From contig NW_005202428.1 in NCBI RefSeq assembly GCF_000372725.1, positions 1,163,331-1,227,330 of the forward strand: a DNA stretch of 64,000 nucleotides, given 5' to 3'. Under the pieces are notes generated by a model that had not been told where the DNA came from, made no database searches, and saw only the letters and a list, made by a program, of their open reading frames with translations. This DNA comes from Emiliania huxleyi CCMP1516 (Eukaryota). This document shows positions 1-11,901 of the stretch, piece by piece (the first letter of the stretch is position 1; the number at the start of each line of letters is the position of its first letter). The translations under genes and the position numbers were made by a program.

Positions 1-823
1 CGGCAGGGAGGGGAGGCGGAAGAGAGAGGCGCCACCTGCGGCATGCCCGCGCCCGTCCTCGCCGAGACGAGGTCGAGGGAGTGGAGGTGCGGCAGCGAGG
101 CGCGGCGGCACTCGGCGCGCACCCACCGCTCGACCGCTGGCTGGTGGATGCCCTTGGGTAGGAGGTCGACCTGTGGGGGGGGAGGGGCACACTTAGGCTG
201 AGGGTTGACCTTGTCCGCCACGAGCAGGAGGGGGGGGGGCACCTCTCGCCTGATCTCACCTATGCCTCGGCCACCTCTCGGCTAGATCTCGGCTAGATCT
301 CGGCTAGATCTCGGCTAGATCTCGGCTAGATCTCGGCTAGATCTCGGCTAGATCTCGGCTGGATCCCGGCCTTGTTTGCCACGAGCATGAGGGGGGAGTC
401 CTCGCCCACGATCGAGGGCAGCTCTGGCACGAGCGAGCCGTGGAAGTCGAAGAGGTCGACCAGGCAGACGACGACGCACTGGAGCGGGAGCTGGGGGTCA
501 GCTTCACTGAGTTGACGAGGCAGACGACCACCCGCACTGTGCGGCGGTGTGGCGGCGAGGGCGGCAGGGTGTGGACTGCGTGTGTAGCGACGTGTGCGCT
601 GGGTTGGCACCTGCTTCGACCGCAGCGATCGGATCAGCGCGCGGAAGTGCGCCGGCCGCAGCTCCGCGTGTGACGCTGCATCCGGGTCGTCGGCGCCCTG
701 CAGCGGGGGGAGGCGGCGGTGGAGGAGGGAGGCGGAAGGGAGGAGAGAGTTGGCTTGGAGGAGGAGGAGAGAGGGAGAGAGAGGAGAGGGGCGGCGGTGG
801 AGGAGAGAGCAGGAGGGAAGGGA

Positions 824-871
<48 letters not shown>

Positions 872-1530
872 GCTGGGAGGACCTGCACGCCGCCGCCCAC
901 ACGCAAGCCATCCGACGGCAGCCGGTTCTGGTAGCGCAAAGAGTGGCAGCGCTGGCACACCGCCTCCCTCCTGGGGCGGCTCGGAGGCCGCGCTGCCCCC
1001 GCCTCCGCCTCCGCCCCGCCGCCGCCCCCGACACCGCCCTGCTCCTCCTCGGAGGACGGCGCAAGCCTCTGCTGCAGCACGGACGCCGGCAGATAGCCTG
1101 GCGCGGCCTCGTCGTTCGCCTGGAAGCGGACGCCGCAGCCGCAACAGAAGCCGCGCGGCATCTCGATCGCCGCTTGCAGCGGTGCGCTCCCTGCAGGCCG
1201 GCCCGCCGGCCCGCCTCCGTAGCTGCCAAGCATCTCAAAGCCGGCGCCTGGCTGGCCGCGCCGCGCCGCCTCCGCCTCCAGCGCGCGCGGGTCCTCCTCG
1301 TCCGACCAGACGGCGAAGCCCGGCGGCGGCTCCCAGCCCGCCGCCCCGCCAGCCTCGTCGTCGCCGCCGCCGCCACCGCCCTTTGCGAGCGCGGACAGCG
1401 CTCTGTGCCGCGGCCGGAGCGTGGCGGAGGCGAGGCGTGGACACCGGGCGACGCCCGGTGCGGCGATCGAGCGGACGAGCGAGGCAGCCAGCGCGGCCGA
1501 GGTGACGAGACGGAAGCGGTGGGCGCGCAT
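1..1530 (-). CDS. YqeH/NOA1-family circularly permuted GTPase, 5' part, multi-exon, probably organelle-targeted; continues past window start
   Basis: N-terminal Zn knuckle FCCGCG...VCQRCHSL; exons read VVVCLVDLFDFHGSL...LMLVANK | VDLLPK...DLVSARTGAG (G4/G5-first order); hydrophobic N-terminal presequence. Confidence 0.85.
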
Positions 1531-1625
1531 CGGAGGCAGTGCTGCGGAGTACGCGTGCGCGAGGCGCTCAACAAACGCAAGAATGTTTTTTAAATTCTTT
1601 TACTCTCGATCCATCCTCTTCTGAA

Positions 1626-2075
1626 GTCGCCCTGCCTCGGGGGCGCGGTAGGTGGTAGCGGGAGGGGACCCGCCGGTGTGAAGCGGTAGCGGTAATCCGC
1701 CCGAGGTAGCGGTAAGGGGGACGGCCAGCAGCCCTCGGCTGGCTGTCCGTTCCTAGTAGCCCCGACGGTTACGGACGGCCGGCGAGCGCATCGGCCTCTC
1801 GCCGTCAGCGCGCTGCTGGACCCTACCGTCCGCGGTGCGTGAGCAAATGCTGACTAGGCCTGCTGCACCCATAAGTGACTGAGTGGGGTCTAGCGGTACC
1901 GCGCGAGCCGGTAGCGGTAAACAGCGGGTGGCCTCTGGCGGTAGCGGTAAAGGCGCAGCGTGTGATGGAGGTATTTTCTTCTCAATAACAAGGCTGTGAT
2001 TTCGGGGCCCGGGGTTGTGCGTTTACGTGAACGGTAGCGGTAACCTGAATCGCTCTCCCGCGCCCCAGGGCCGAC
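1626..2075. repeat. Intergenic block with 5 exact GGTAGCGGTAA copies plus partial copies and weak terminal inverted similarity
   Basis: Exact motif at 1685, 1705, 1910, 1940, 2033; lies between the divergent GTPase and J-domain genes. Confidence 0.7.
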
Positions 2076-2103
2076 CTGCCGGTTGCTAGCAGCGTCGCCA
2101 AAG

Positions 2104-3342
2104 ATGCTGTCGGGCGAGGCTCTCGCCGCCGCCGTCCTCGAGGCGAAGGATCGGTACGCGCTGCTCTCTCTAGGTCGCAGAGAGGGCGGCGAACCCATCC
2201 GTGTCGAGTCCGACGGGTATCTCAACCACGAGGACGAAGAGGTGCGGAAGTGCTACACGCGAATTGCCGCCCGCATCCATCCGGACAAGCTTCGCTGCGC
2301 GGAGGCCACCAAAGCGTTCCAGGCGCTCGTGCGTGCATATGAGCTCTGCTGCAAGCCCGATGTGCGTGCCGACGACTCTGACGACTCGCGCGAGGAGGAG
2401 GAGGAGGCGGCGGAGGCGGAGGAGGAGGAGGCGGAGGCGGAGGAGCCGCAGGAGCCGCAGGAGCAGCAGGAGCAGGAGCAGGAGCAGGACTCAGATGCCA
2501 GTCCCGCTGGAAACCCGCCCAAGCCCAAGCCGCCCACGCCCAAGCCGCCCAAGCACAAGCCCAGCCGGCCAAAGGCGAAGGCAAAGTCCAAGGAGGCGAC
2601 CGGCGGGAAGGGCGGCGCAGAGGCGCAGCGCACGGGCGTCAAGTGCCCTCGCTGTCGCGCCGACTGGGGCGAGCAACCCCGCACTGGACATGCACATGCA
2701 CATGCACATGCACATGCACATGCACAGTGACACGTCCCCGGCATCTCCCGCAGGCGACCACCTCCGCACCGAGGGCAGGGAGGGCATGTACACGCTCTTC
2801 ATGCGAGGCAAGCTGCAGGCGCGACGCCGACGCCGCCCTCGCCACTGCCTCCCTCGCCACCGCCGCCTCGCCGCCGCTGCCCTCGCCGCCACCTCCCTCG
2901 CCGCCAGCGCCGCCGCCGCCAGCGCCGCCGCCGCTCTCGGCACCGCCTCCCTCACCCCCGCCGCAGGTGCACTGCCTCCGCTGCCTGCTCGACTTCGGCT
3001 GCCTGACCGCGGAGCACCACTGCCCCTACTGCGAGCGCGGATTCGAGTGCCGACCGCGCGCTGCGGCCGCCGCTCCCTCGCTTGCACGCGTCCGGACGTG
3101 GTCCACGCGACCCCGCTAGGTATCGGCCCGCCCAGTTCCGCACCGCGCTGCGCTGCCCCAACGACAAGCGGCGCGGCGTGCCCGACTGCGGCCGCGCCTT
3201 CCGCGTGAGGCAGTTCGCGATGAGCCGGCAGACGCGCGAGGCGCTGCTGGCCAGGGCAAAGGAGGAGGCGGCGGCGGCCGAGCGGAGGGACGCGGTGAGC
3301 TCAGACCAGCTGGCTCAGACCCGCATGCTCATACCGCTGCCA

Positions 3343-3375
<33 letters not shown>

Positions 3376-5155
3376 TGAGATCACCAACATAACCTCCACC
3401 ACCACCACCGCCACCACCACCCACCATCGCCACCACCACCCACCGCCACCGCCGCCTTCCACCCAGGCGGCGGCCGCGCGACGCGCGCGCGTGGCGCGGC
3501 AGCGCGACGACGAGAGCGACTACAATCCGGAGCTCGGCATCCTCATCACCCCGTGAGCGCAGAGGCGGGTCACGGCGCGGGGTGACGTTGCGGCATTGCT
3601 GGGGCGTGCGTAGGCGCCTTCCTCGTGTCGGACGATTGCCCTCGCTGCGGGCTGCAGGTCACCTCGGGCCACGAGGCGCACCTGCGGGTCTGCCAGGGCG
3701 GGGGCAAGAGCGCACGCGCCAAGAAGGGCAAGGGGGGCGGCAAGGGAGGCGGCAAGGGAGGCGAGGGCGGCGAGGGAGGCGCCGGCTCGAGCGGCGCCAA
3801 GGCGAGGGCGGCGAGGGGCGGGCGCGAGAAGCGGAGGGCGGCGGTGGTCAGCTCCGAGGCGGAGAGCGAGAGCGAGGGCATCTCGGAGGAGGTGCTGCCC
3901 CCCACACCACCCACCCACCCACCCACCAACCCCCCCTGCGCGCACCGGGCCTTGCACTTTGAATGCCGTGCGGCTCCTGTCGTTGGACGTGGAGTTAGGA
4001 GGGAATGCCTGGCGCTTGCCCCACCGCCCTCGTGCGTGTGGAGAAGTGTGCCTTGCCTTACCTTACCTCAGGTGCTGCCGTCTTCGTCGCGAGCGAAGTC
4101 GGCCGCGGCGCCCAAGGCGGCGGCGGCGGCGCCATCACCGGCACCGGCGGCGGCGGCGGCTCGGAAGGCGGCGGCGGCGGCACCCAAGAAGAGGCGAGTG
4201 GTGGTGCACGACGACGACAGCAGCGAGGAGGAGGCGCAGCCGGCGCGGCAGAGGCCAATATCGGCTGATCTCGGCTGATCTCGGCTGATCTCGGCTGATC
4301 TCAGCTAACAGGCGCAGCCGGCGCGGCAGAGGCCGACGCCGCAGAAGGCGAAGGGCCGGGCTCCTGCGGCGGCGCAGCCAAAGGGGAGGGCGGCGGCGGA
4401 GGCCAAGAAGGCGCGGCGTGGCCAGTCGAGGACGTGGACAGAAGACCCGTGAGGAGAGACAAGCAAGATGTGAATAGGCGCGGCGCGGCGCGGGCAGTTC
4501 GGAGGAGCGGCCCGCGCTACGAGGGGCAGCTGTGATTAGACGGCCTTTGAACAGTTGTGTGGCGCGGAGTAGGAGGACGAGAGCTATGAGGCGGGCGGCA
4601 GCAGCGGCAGCGAGGAGAGCGACAGCGAGGAGAGCAGTTTCAGCGACGGCGGCGAGAGCGAGGCGGAGGGCGGCGGCAGCGACAGCAGCGACGAGGGCGG
4701 GCGCGCACACAAGCAGGCGAGCGCCGTGACCTCCCAATCCTTCGACATCGTTTTCCATTCACCAGACCTTCTGCTCTCAGGCGGGCGCCAAGCAGCAGGC
4801 CAGCGCCAGGCAGTCTGCCAAGAGGCCTGTCAAGAAGGCGCCGCCCAAGCAGGCGCCGCCCAAGCAGGCGCCTCCCAAGCAGAGTTCCGCGGCTGTGAAG
4901 GGCGCCGCGAAGCCCGCGGCCAAGCGGGCGGCGGCCAAGGGAGGGAAGCAGGCCACCAAGAAGAAGAAGAAGAACGCCAGGAGGGCGGCAGACAGCAGCG
5001 ATGGCGACTACGAGGCGGACTCCTCCCCTGAGAGGCTGCCGAGCAAGGCGCGCGCAAAGGCGTCGGCGTCAGGCCGCCCCTCCCGAGGCGGGCGAATCGG
5101 CGGCCGCAAGAGTTACGTCGAGAGCGATGGCGATCACTCAGACTCGTGGTCGTGA
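2104..5155 (+). CDS. J-domain (DnaJ-type) protein with several CxxC Zn-finger motifs and a Lys/acidic low-complexity tail, multi-exon
   Basis: [18 protein letters not shown]...[13 protein letters not shown] (HPD motif); later exons CPRC, HCLRC..HCPYC, CPN..DC, CPRC..H..C; ends ...DSWS*. Confidence 0.75.
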
Positions 5156-5416
5156 GAGAGCTGCGCCAAAACTTCCAAATAAGCGCCTCACGGGTGCACA
5201 AGCGGAGATCATATTTCTCGTTTCTGCATCAAATCCACATATGACATAAAGAAAAAGAGGTCCCTTGAAAAAGAGGATCCCCCCCCCTTTCGACATTCGA
5301 GGCAGCCCCCGCGCCCCACACACAGGCTGATCACGCTCACCCAGGAGTCAGGACACACAGGTCACAGCCACACACGACACACATTCGACATCCCCAAAAA
5401 TCTGAAGTTGGGCGCT

Positions 5417-5621
5417 GGAGCGGCCGCACATTGCTCGGTACCCCCCCTGCCCTTCTAAGCCCGTCCCTGCTGCTAGGGGGGGGGGGGTTCTGACCCCCAG
5501 CAGCAGAGCGCTGCTGGGGGGGGGGGGGGGGGCCCCCCGCAACAAAACGCTGCTGCTGGGGGGGGGGTCGGCCATGGGCTTAGAAGGGCAGGGGGGGAAC
5601 CGAGCAATGTGCGGCCGCTCC
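5417..5621. mobile_element. About 205-bp fold-back (MITE-like) element
   Basis: About 46-bp near-perfect inverted repeat, 5417-5462 vs 5576-5621, enclosing CCCCAGCAGC/GCTGCTGGGG hairpins; no clear TSD. Confidence 0.7.
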
Positions 5622-6304
5622 TGATGACACGTAAAAACCCGAGAGCAGAATGAGCAATATATGACACGGAACTAGTCCTTTGAGCGTCTCGCCAAAACAC
5701 AAACTTTCATGACAGCGGGCGAGCGCGGTTACCTGTTTGCCGCGAGCGCGATGTCCCTTTTATTTATCAAGCCGTATTTAGAGAGCTGCCTGACCCTATT
5801 TCTCTATGCCACCCCGTACAGTCGTATTCCACTGTCTTTTGCGCATAACGATAAAGACCATTTCGCATTGATTTTCCGACCCCGAGCATGCGCGAGCCCC
5901 GAGCGAGCGACGCTCGACGGGTCGGGGCTCGAGGCCGTGCCGTCGACTCTGTCGTGCTCGCTCGAGGCTACAGCCTGCACACGCGCGAGCCGCTCCGGTC
6001 TTTTATTTTTATCGGTACTATGAGATTTTGCTATGCCTCAGATCCTCTGAGATGCGCGCGGCTACTTGCGCGCACACCATGACAAACAGCCACCCTCCAT
6101 CTCTCCCCTGCCACCTCAAGAGGGGGCGGCCCCGCCGGCCCCGGGGAGGGGGGTCACACTGACTCGTACCCACAGGCACAGCGCGGCACGATAGAGTGAG
6201 CCGGCGCGATGAGGGCATGCGAAGAGTCCTCGTCGGGCGCGCCATGTGTCCTTGTCAGGACTTACTTCGCGAGCGCCGATTCCGAGGAGAGTCTCCAGAC
6301 AGAC

Positions 6305-7504
6305 TCAATCGAGATCGATTTCCTCGACAAGGAAGTCGGTGGTGACCGGAACTCCTGAGCGGCCGTCCGGGTCCTCGGCGTCGTCGGGCTCGTCCTCGCC
6401 CTCGGGCTCGTCCTCGGACGATGAGAGCCACTCCACCGCCGACGCCTTTCGCTTCTTGTTCTTCTTGCCGTCCGCCGTGGCTCGTGGCGACGTCGACGGA
6501 GGCTTGAGGCCGAGGAAGCGCTCGACCCCGAGCTTTGAAGAGAACTTTCCACCGTCCGGCGCGGTGACCACCAGTTGCGTCGACATTGCCCCGGCCTTCT
6601 TGCCGGCGCTGGCGGTCCACGCCCGGCACCGCACGGTCCAGTCGTCGGTGGACTCAGTGGCCTCCGACGTGGCCCCTTTGATGTACGCCGCGGATGCGCG
6701 CTCCTTGACGGTGTCGATGGCGGAGAGGAGGCGCTCGTCGCTCTCGCTGAGCGGGCGGAGTGGAGGTGGCTTGGACGGGGCGGCACGGCTCGGCTTTGCG
6801 CCCCCCGCCGCCTTTGGCGCCGCTGGTGGCTTGAGGCCGAGTTGCCGCTCGACCGCTAGGACGGACTGCAGCCGCGTGCCGTCTGGCGCCGTCACCGAGA
6901 GCGTCGTCGCGCCAGCGGGGCTCAGCTTCACCTTGACCGTCCATCCGTTGCTGCTCGACTCGGTCGCGTCGGCCTTGTGCTGCTTGACGCGCTGCTTGAC
7001 GCGCTGGATCATGTCGAGGATGAGCCGATCGGCGGGGCTAGACTGCCGGATTTGCATCAGAGCAAGGGCGGCGGCGGGGTCCGAGGGGGCTCCTCCGCCG
7101 AGCCCGCCGCCGCCGCCATCGCCGCCGCCATCGCCGCCGGTGCCGCCGCCCTCCCGTGCCTCACGCTCCCGCGCCAGCTGCGCCAGCAGGTTGTTGGGGA
7201 TGGGCGGCGGCTCATCGTCAGAGTCGTCGAGGTCCACCGAGTCGATGTTTTGCACCGCAGTGGCGGTCACGCGCCGCACCGCTCGCCAAGCGTTGGCGTT
7301 GTCGCACCGCTCCTGGATCAGCCCCTTGCGAGGGTGCTTATACACGCGGGCGCGGCCGCCTGGGACGTCGATCACGATCTCGTTGGAAAACGCAGCTTGC
7401 GCCGGCACCCAGGCCGCTTCGAGAAGCGCCGTAACGGATGGCGAGTACGGGCGGTAATTGATCTCGGTGGCGCCTCCGGCGTCCCAGCTCCACTGTGATG
7501 CCAT
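6305..7504 (-). CDS. Intronless 399-aa protein: WWE domain + two MBD-like repeats + basic/acidic tail (copy 1)
   Basis: QWSWD..YRPYSP...LLEAAW...LIQ....WRAVRR matches WWE; GW/DW...TAPDG...S...VER.LG occurs twice, resembling MBD; KKNKKRK is NLS-like. Confidence 0.7.
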   Translation of the reverse strand: MASQWSWDAGGATEINYRPYSPSVTALLEAAWVPAQAAFSNEIVIDVPGGRARVYKHPRKGLIQERCDNANAWRAVRRVTATAVQNIDSVDLDDSDDEPPPIPNNLLAQLAREREAREGGGTGGDGGGDGGGGGLGGGAPSDPAAALALMQIRQSSPADRLILDMIQRVKQRVKQHKADATESSSNGWTVKVKLSPAGATTLSVTAPDGTRLQSVLAVERQLGLKPPAAPKAAGGAKPSRAAPSKPPPLRPLSESDERLLSAIDTVKERASAAYIKGATSEATESTDDWTVRCRAWTASAGKKAGAMSTQLVVTAPDGGKFSSKLGVERFLGLKPPSTSPRATADGKKNKKRKASAVEWLSSSEDEPEGEDEPDDAEDPDGRSGVPVTTDFLVEEIDLD

Positions 7505-7589
7505 GTGTTGGGACGGTGGTTGCTCAGGCACTCGGAGAGCAAAGCAGCAATGAGTGAAATCGGAGGAGAGATGACAAGGCGGAAAAAAA

Positions 7590-8128
7590 TCCGCGAACGC
7601 GCGCAAGTTCAAGATCCTGCAGTCGCGGAAGTGGCAGGACACGGAGCTTGACGTGGCGCGCTTCATCAAGCTCTTCCCGTCGCAGATGCACGAGGGAAAG
7701 CGCAAGCGGCCGACGGTGTTGCGCGACGCGCTCCGAGTCAACGGCGTCGGCGTGGGCTTCGAAGCGGCAGCGCGCACCGACATCGCCATGGACAAGGCGG
7801 GCGCACGAGATCAAGCTGCGGGTGCTCGAGAAGCTCACGCCGGCGCTCGGGCGGCAGACGGCCGAGCTCCTCGGACGCTTCACCCTCAAGGCGTCGAACG
7901 CGCTCAACCACGTCGCCCGTGGCTGCGAGCCCTCGGTCACACGTGAGCCGCTCGAGTACGCGGGCGAGACGCAAGCGCAGCTCTTCCGCACGCTCACCGC
8001 CACCAGCCCCTCCGAGATCCGCGACGTGCAGCACGACGCCAACCCCGCCGGCCCGACGGAGCGGCGGTGCGAGGAGGCGATGCACCTCTCGCAGCGGAAT
8101 GGCGGCTTCGGCTGGGCGCACCCACGAC
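7590..8128 (+). mobile_element. Frameshifted fragment of a non-LTR retrotransposon RT (thumb region), CRE-like
   Basis: LRVNGVGVG, frameshift near 7800, then LLGRFTL...LNHVARGCEP...HLSQRNGGFG, resembling the CRE/R2-type L(P)xRxGGLG region. Confidence 0.55.
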
Positions 8129-8281
8129 TCATGGGGTCACACTGACTCGTACCCACAGCGCGGCACGATAGAGTGAGCCGGCGCGATGAGGGCATGCGAA
8201 GAGTCCTCGTCGGGCGCGCCATGTGTCCTTGTCAGGACTTACTTCGCGGGCGCCGATTCCGAGGAGAGTCTCCAGACAGAC

Positions 8282-9484
8282 TCAATCGAGATCGATTTCC
8301 TCGACAAGGAAGTCGGTGGTTTCCGGAACTCCTGAGCGGCCGTCCGGGTCCTCGGCGTCGTCGGGCTCGTCCTCGCCCTCGGGCTCGTCCTCGGACGATG
8401 AGAGCCACTCCACCGCCGACGCCTTTCGCTTCTTGTTCTTCTTGCCGTCCGCCGTGGCTCGTGGCGATGTCGACGGAGGCTTGAGGCCGAGGAAGCGCTC
8501 GACCCCGAGCTTTGAAGAGAACTTTCCACCGTCCGGCGCGGTGACCACCAGTTGCGTCGACATTGCCCCGGCCTTCTTGCCAGCGCTGGCGGTCCACGCC
8601 CGGTACCGCACGGTCCAGTCGTCGGTGGACTCAGTGGCTTCCGACGTGGCCCCTTTGATGTACGCAGCGGATGCGCGCTCCTTGACGGTGTCGATGGCGG
8701 AGAGGAGGCGCTCGTCGCTCTCGCTGAGCGGGCGGAGAAGTGGCGACGGCTTGGATGGGGCGGCACGGCTCGGCTTTGCGCCCCCCGCCGCCTTTGGCGC
8801 CGCTGGTGGCTTGAGGCCGAGGAGCCGCTCGACCGCTAGGACGGACTGCAGCCGCGTGCCGTCTGGCGCCGTCACCGAGAGCGTCGTCGCGCCAGCGGGG
8901 CTCAGCTTCACCTTGACCACCCATCCGTTGCTGCTCGACTCGGTCGCGTCGGCCTTGTGCTGCTTGACCCGCTGCTTGACGCGCTGGATCATGTCGAGAA
9001 TGAGCCGGTCGGCGGGGCTAGACTGCCGGATTTGCATCAGAGCAAGGGCGGCGGCGGGGTCCGAGGGGGCTCCTCCGCCGAGCCCGCCGCCGCCGCCATC
9101 GCCGCCGCCATCGCCGCCGGTGCCGCCGCCCTCCCGTGCCTCACGCTCCCGCGCCAGCTGCGCCAGCAGGTTGTTGGGGATGGGCGGCGGCTCATCGTCA
9201 GAGTCGTCGAGGTCCACCGAGTCGATGTTTTGCACCGCAGTGGCGGTCACGCGCCGCACCGCTCGCCAAGCGTTGGCGTTGTCGCAGCGCTCCTGGATCA
9301 GCCCCTTGCGAGGGTGCTTATACACGCGGGCGCGGCCGCCTGGGACGTCGATCACGATCTCGTTGGAAAACGCAGCTTGCGCCGGCACCCAGGCCGCTTC
9401 GAGAAGCGCCGCAACGGATGGCGAGTACGGGCGGTAATTGATCTCGGTGGCGCCTCCGGCGTCCCAGCTCCACTGTGATGCCAT
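8282..9484 (-). CDS. Intronless 400-aa WWE + 2xMBD-like protein (copy 2)
   Basis: Paralog of 6305-7504 with intact frame and several amino-acid changes. Confidence 0.7.
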   Translation of the reverse strand: MASQWSWDAGGATEINYRPYSPSVAALLEAAWVPAQAAFSNEIVIDVPGGRARVYKHPRKGLIQERCDNANAWRAVRRVTATAVQNIDSVDLDDSDDEPPPIPNNLLAQLAREREAREGGGTGGDGGGDGGGGGLGGGAPSDPAAALALMQIRQSSPADRLILDMIQRVKQRVKQHKADATESSSNGWVVKVKLSPAGATTLSVTAPDGTRLQSVLAVERLLGLKPPAAPKAAGGAKPSRAAPSKPSPLLRPLSESDERLLSAIDTVKERASAAYIKGATSEATESTDDWTVRYRAWTASAGKKAGAMSTQLVVTAPDGGKFSSKLGVERFLGLKPPSTSPRATADGKKNKKRKASAVEWLSSSEDEPEGEDEPDDAEDPDGRSGVPETTDFLVEEIDLD

Positions 9485-9824
9485 GTGTTGGGACGGTGGT
9501 TGCTCAGGCACTCGGAGAGCAAAGCAGCAATGAGTGAAATCGGAGGAGAGAGGACTCGGCGAAAAAAAAATACGCCTGCTCAAGTCCGAGTTCACCACAA
9601 ACTCACCACTTGGCGGTAAATGATCGCAGTGGGCGTCAGAAGAGTCATCCTTGCGCGAGGAGAGCTCGATAAACTCGAGGGGCCAGGATTGGGCCGCGAG
9701 GAGGGCAGAGTTACGCCGAGAGGCGAGAGCAAGGGATCGGCAGGCAGCGGCGTCGTCGCAGAACGAGGCAGAGGGGAGCGAAGCGACAGAGGAAGAAGCG
9801 ACAAGAGAAAGAACGACGAGAGTG

Positions 9825-10015
9825 GGAGGACCGCGAGGTGGTATGAAAGTTGCAGCGAGAATCGGAGAGGGACTGCGAAGAGAGATAGGAAGAGGCAGAC
9901 GCCCAAGGGTGGGCGACGGCTAGCGCACCACACCCCTCTTCTTAAAATCCCTGTGTGGTGGCGGCGTGCCGTCCTCCCATCCCTCCCTTGGGTTGCCTGT
10001 TTTCTTTCTTTTTTT
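9825..10015 (+). repeat. Dispersed repeat module R1 (core AAAATCCCTGTGTGGTGGCGGCGTGCCGTCCTCCCATCCCTCCCTTGGGTTG.CTGTTTTCTTTC)
   Basis: About 190-bp near-identical reverse copy at 35720-35915; further copies near 33945, 35980, 45810; partial or diverged copies near 30440, 35385, 38560, 43970, 45620. Confidence 0.9.
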
Positions 10016-10535
10016 CACAACCTCACCCGCCGCAGGCCTTGCTCAACCAGGTCGAGCACACATGATAGGGCGGATCTCTAAAAGAAAAACAAAGGTCCAT
10101 ACACACTTAACAAAAGAGGGGTGGGGTCGGTCCGCCACGTACCTAGGTACGGGCGAAAACCAGCAGTCCTCCTCCGGGAATGTTCGCCCCTGTCGCCTGT
10201 CTGTGTTGTTGTGCTGTTGTTTGTCTCTTGGCACCTTGGAGTGCTGGGGGGGGCGACAGGGGGGGGACGTGGCCTTGAGTGATGTGTACGCCCACTCAGG
10301 GTGTGTGTGGCAGCCCGCTGGCTGTGGTGTCTTGTGAGCTTGTTTGTGTCTGTGTGTCGCTCGTGCGTGTCGTCATCATCTGTCCAGCGTCCACCCATAC
10401 CGCGTTGGTGTCCAGTCCGAGCCTGACTGTTCTTCGCCTTCCTACATACATACGTAAGAGCTACATACACTACGTACGTACACTGAAATGAACGTGAGAA
10501 CACTCAAACTTGAGTCACGCTTGAAACCATCGACC

Positions 10536-11901
10536 ATGGCGCCAATCGCCGCCCCATCTCCCGCGCAATTTGTTGCGTCCATGGGGATGGGAATAAACCT
10601 CGGCAACGTGCTCGATGCGCCGAAGGAGGGCCAGTGGGCGGCGCCTGCAGAAGAGCGATACTTTGACTCTTATGCTGCGGCCGGCTTCCGGTCGGTGCGC
10701 GTTCCGTGTCGCTGGTCTCAGCACACGTCGACAACCCCTCCTTACATCACCGCACACAATCCATTCCTGGCGCGTGTATTTGAGGTCGCTGGCTGGTCAA
10801 TCTCTCGCAAGCTTCGGACTGTAATCAACGCGCACCACGATGATTGGCTCGATGGCGCGGCTGATGACGCGGCATTTACGAGGGCGCTGGACCGTCTCGT
10901 CGCCATCTGGCGTACCGTCGGCGAACGCTTCGCCCACGTCCCCGACAACCTGCTCGCCTTTGAGGTGTACAACGAGCCCCACTTAAACATGACGACCCGC
11001 TGGCTCAACCGGATGAATGCCGCAGTGCTCGCGGTTCTACCGAGTAGGGTTTCCCGGATTCCCGTAGGACCTCTGCGACACTTTGCTGCGCGTACGAGTA
11101 GGCCATCCGCGAGACCAGCCCGACGCGTACCGTCTTTCTGGGTGGGCTGCGGTGGATGAACCCGCACTGGATCGTGACCAACCCCGACGCCATCGACCTG
11201 TTGCCCGAGCCGGCGCCGTCGGACCCGCACGTGGCACTCGAGGCACCTGTCGATAACCACAGGAGCGCCTCGCATCGGGTCCGGCCCCCTAACCCTGTCG
11301 CCCTGCCTGTCTCTCGAGGTTCACTCCTACAATCCGTTCGACTTTTGTGGCGGCGACGGGGGTAGGCCGCCGCGCGTGCACTCGTGGCCCGTCGGCGCCG
11401 TAGAAGATTGGGCAACGCAGCTTCACGCGTGGGCGGAGCGGCGCAACGTCTCCATACTGCTCGGCGAGTTTGGATGCACGCGCCGGCAGAGCAACGCGAG
11501 CGGCCGCCTCGCGTGGTACGCCGCGTCTGCCGCTGCGGTCGCGCGGCACGGTTTTGCCGCGACGGTGTGGGACGATTCGGGCGACTTTGCCGTCTGGGTG
11601 CGCGTGCGTATTGCGACTTGCGTTGCGTGATGATGGTCTTCACGGCCCGCCCCGTGCCTTCCAGGACCGCAAGACCGGCGCGTGGGACGAGGCGGTGCTC
11701 CGTGCGCTAGGGCTCGAGGGCGCAGCAACATCGCCAGCGCGGGGCTGGCCCGGTTTCCCCGCTGCGAGGGGAATGGATGGGTTGCCGCCGCTCTTGGGCG
11801 ACACTCGGCTACCCGGGCCCTCGTGGCGCCCATTCGACTACGGGCAGGGCGGGAGCTTGGGCGGGGAGGTAGTGAGAGGTCGAGGCGCGCAGGTCGCGTG
11901 A
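10536..11901 (+). CDS. Glycoside hydrolase family 5 (endoglucanase/cellulase-like), 4 exons
   Basis: GINLGNVLDA, GFRSVRVP, INAHH, FEVYNEP (acid/base), HSYNP, LLGEFG (nucleophile), WDD. Confidence 0.9.

Larger units (their letters stand above)
6151..9551. repeat. About 1.4-kb direct segmental duplication (6151-7571 and 8134-9551)
   Basis: Near-identical sequence at offset about 1980, with scattered substitutions and small indels. Confidence 0.95.

Noticed and set aside
6230..6340. Possible degenerate chromodomain (FLVEEI...DKDTW) at the end of the WWE-MBD ORF
   Set aside because: In-frame stop in both copies and the core aromatic residues are missing
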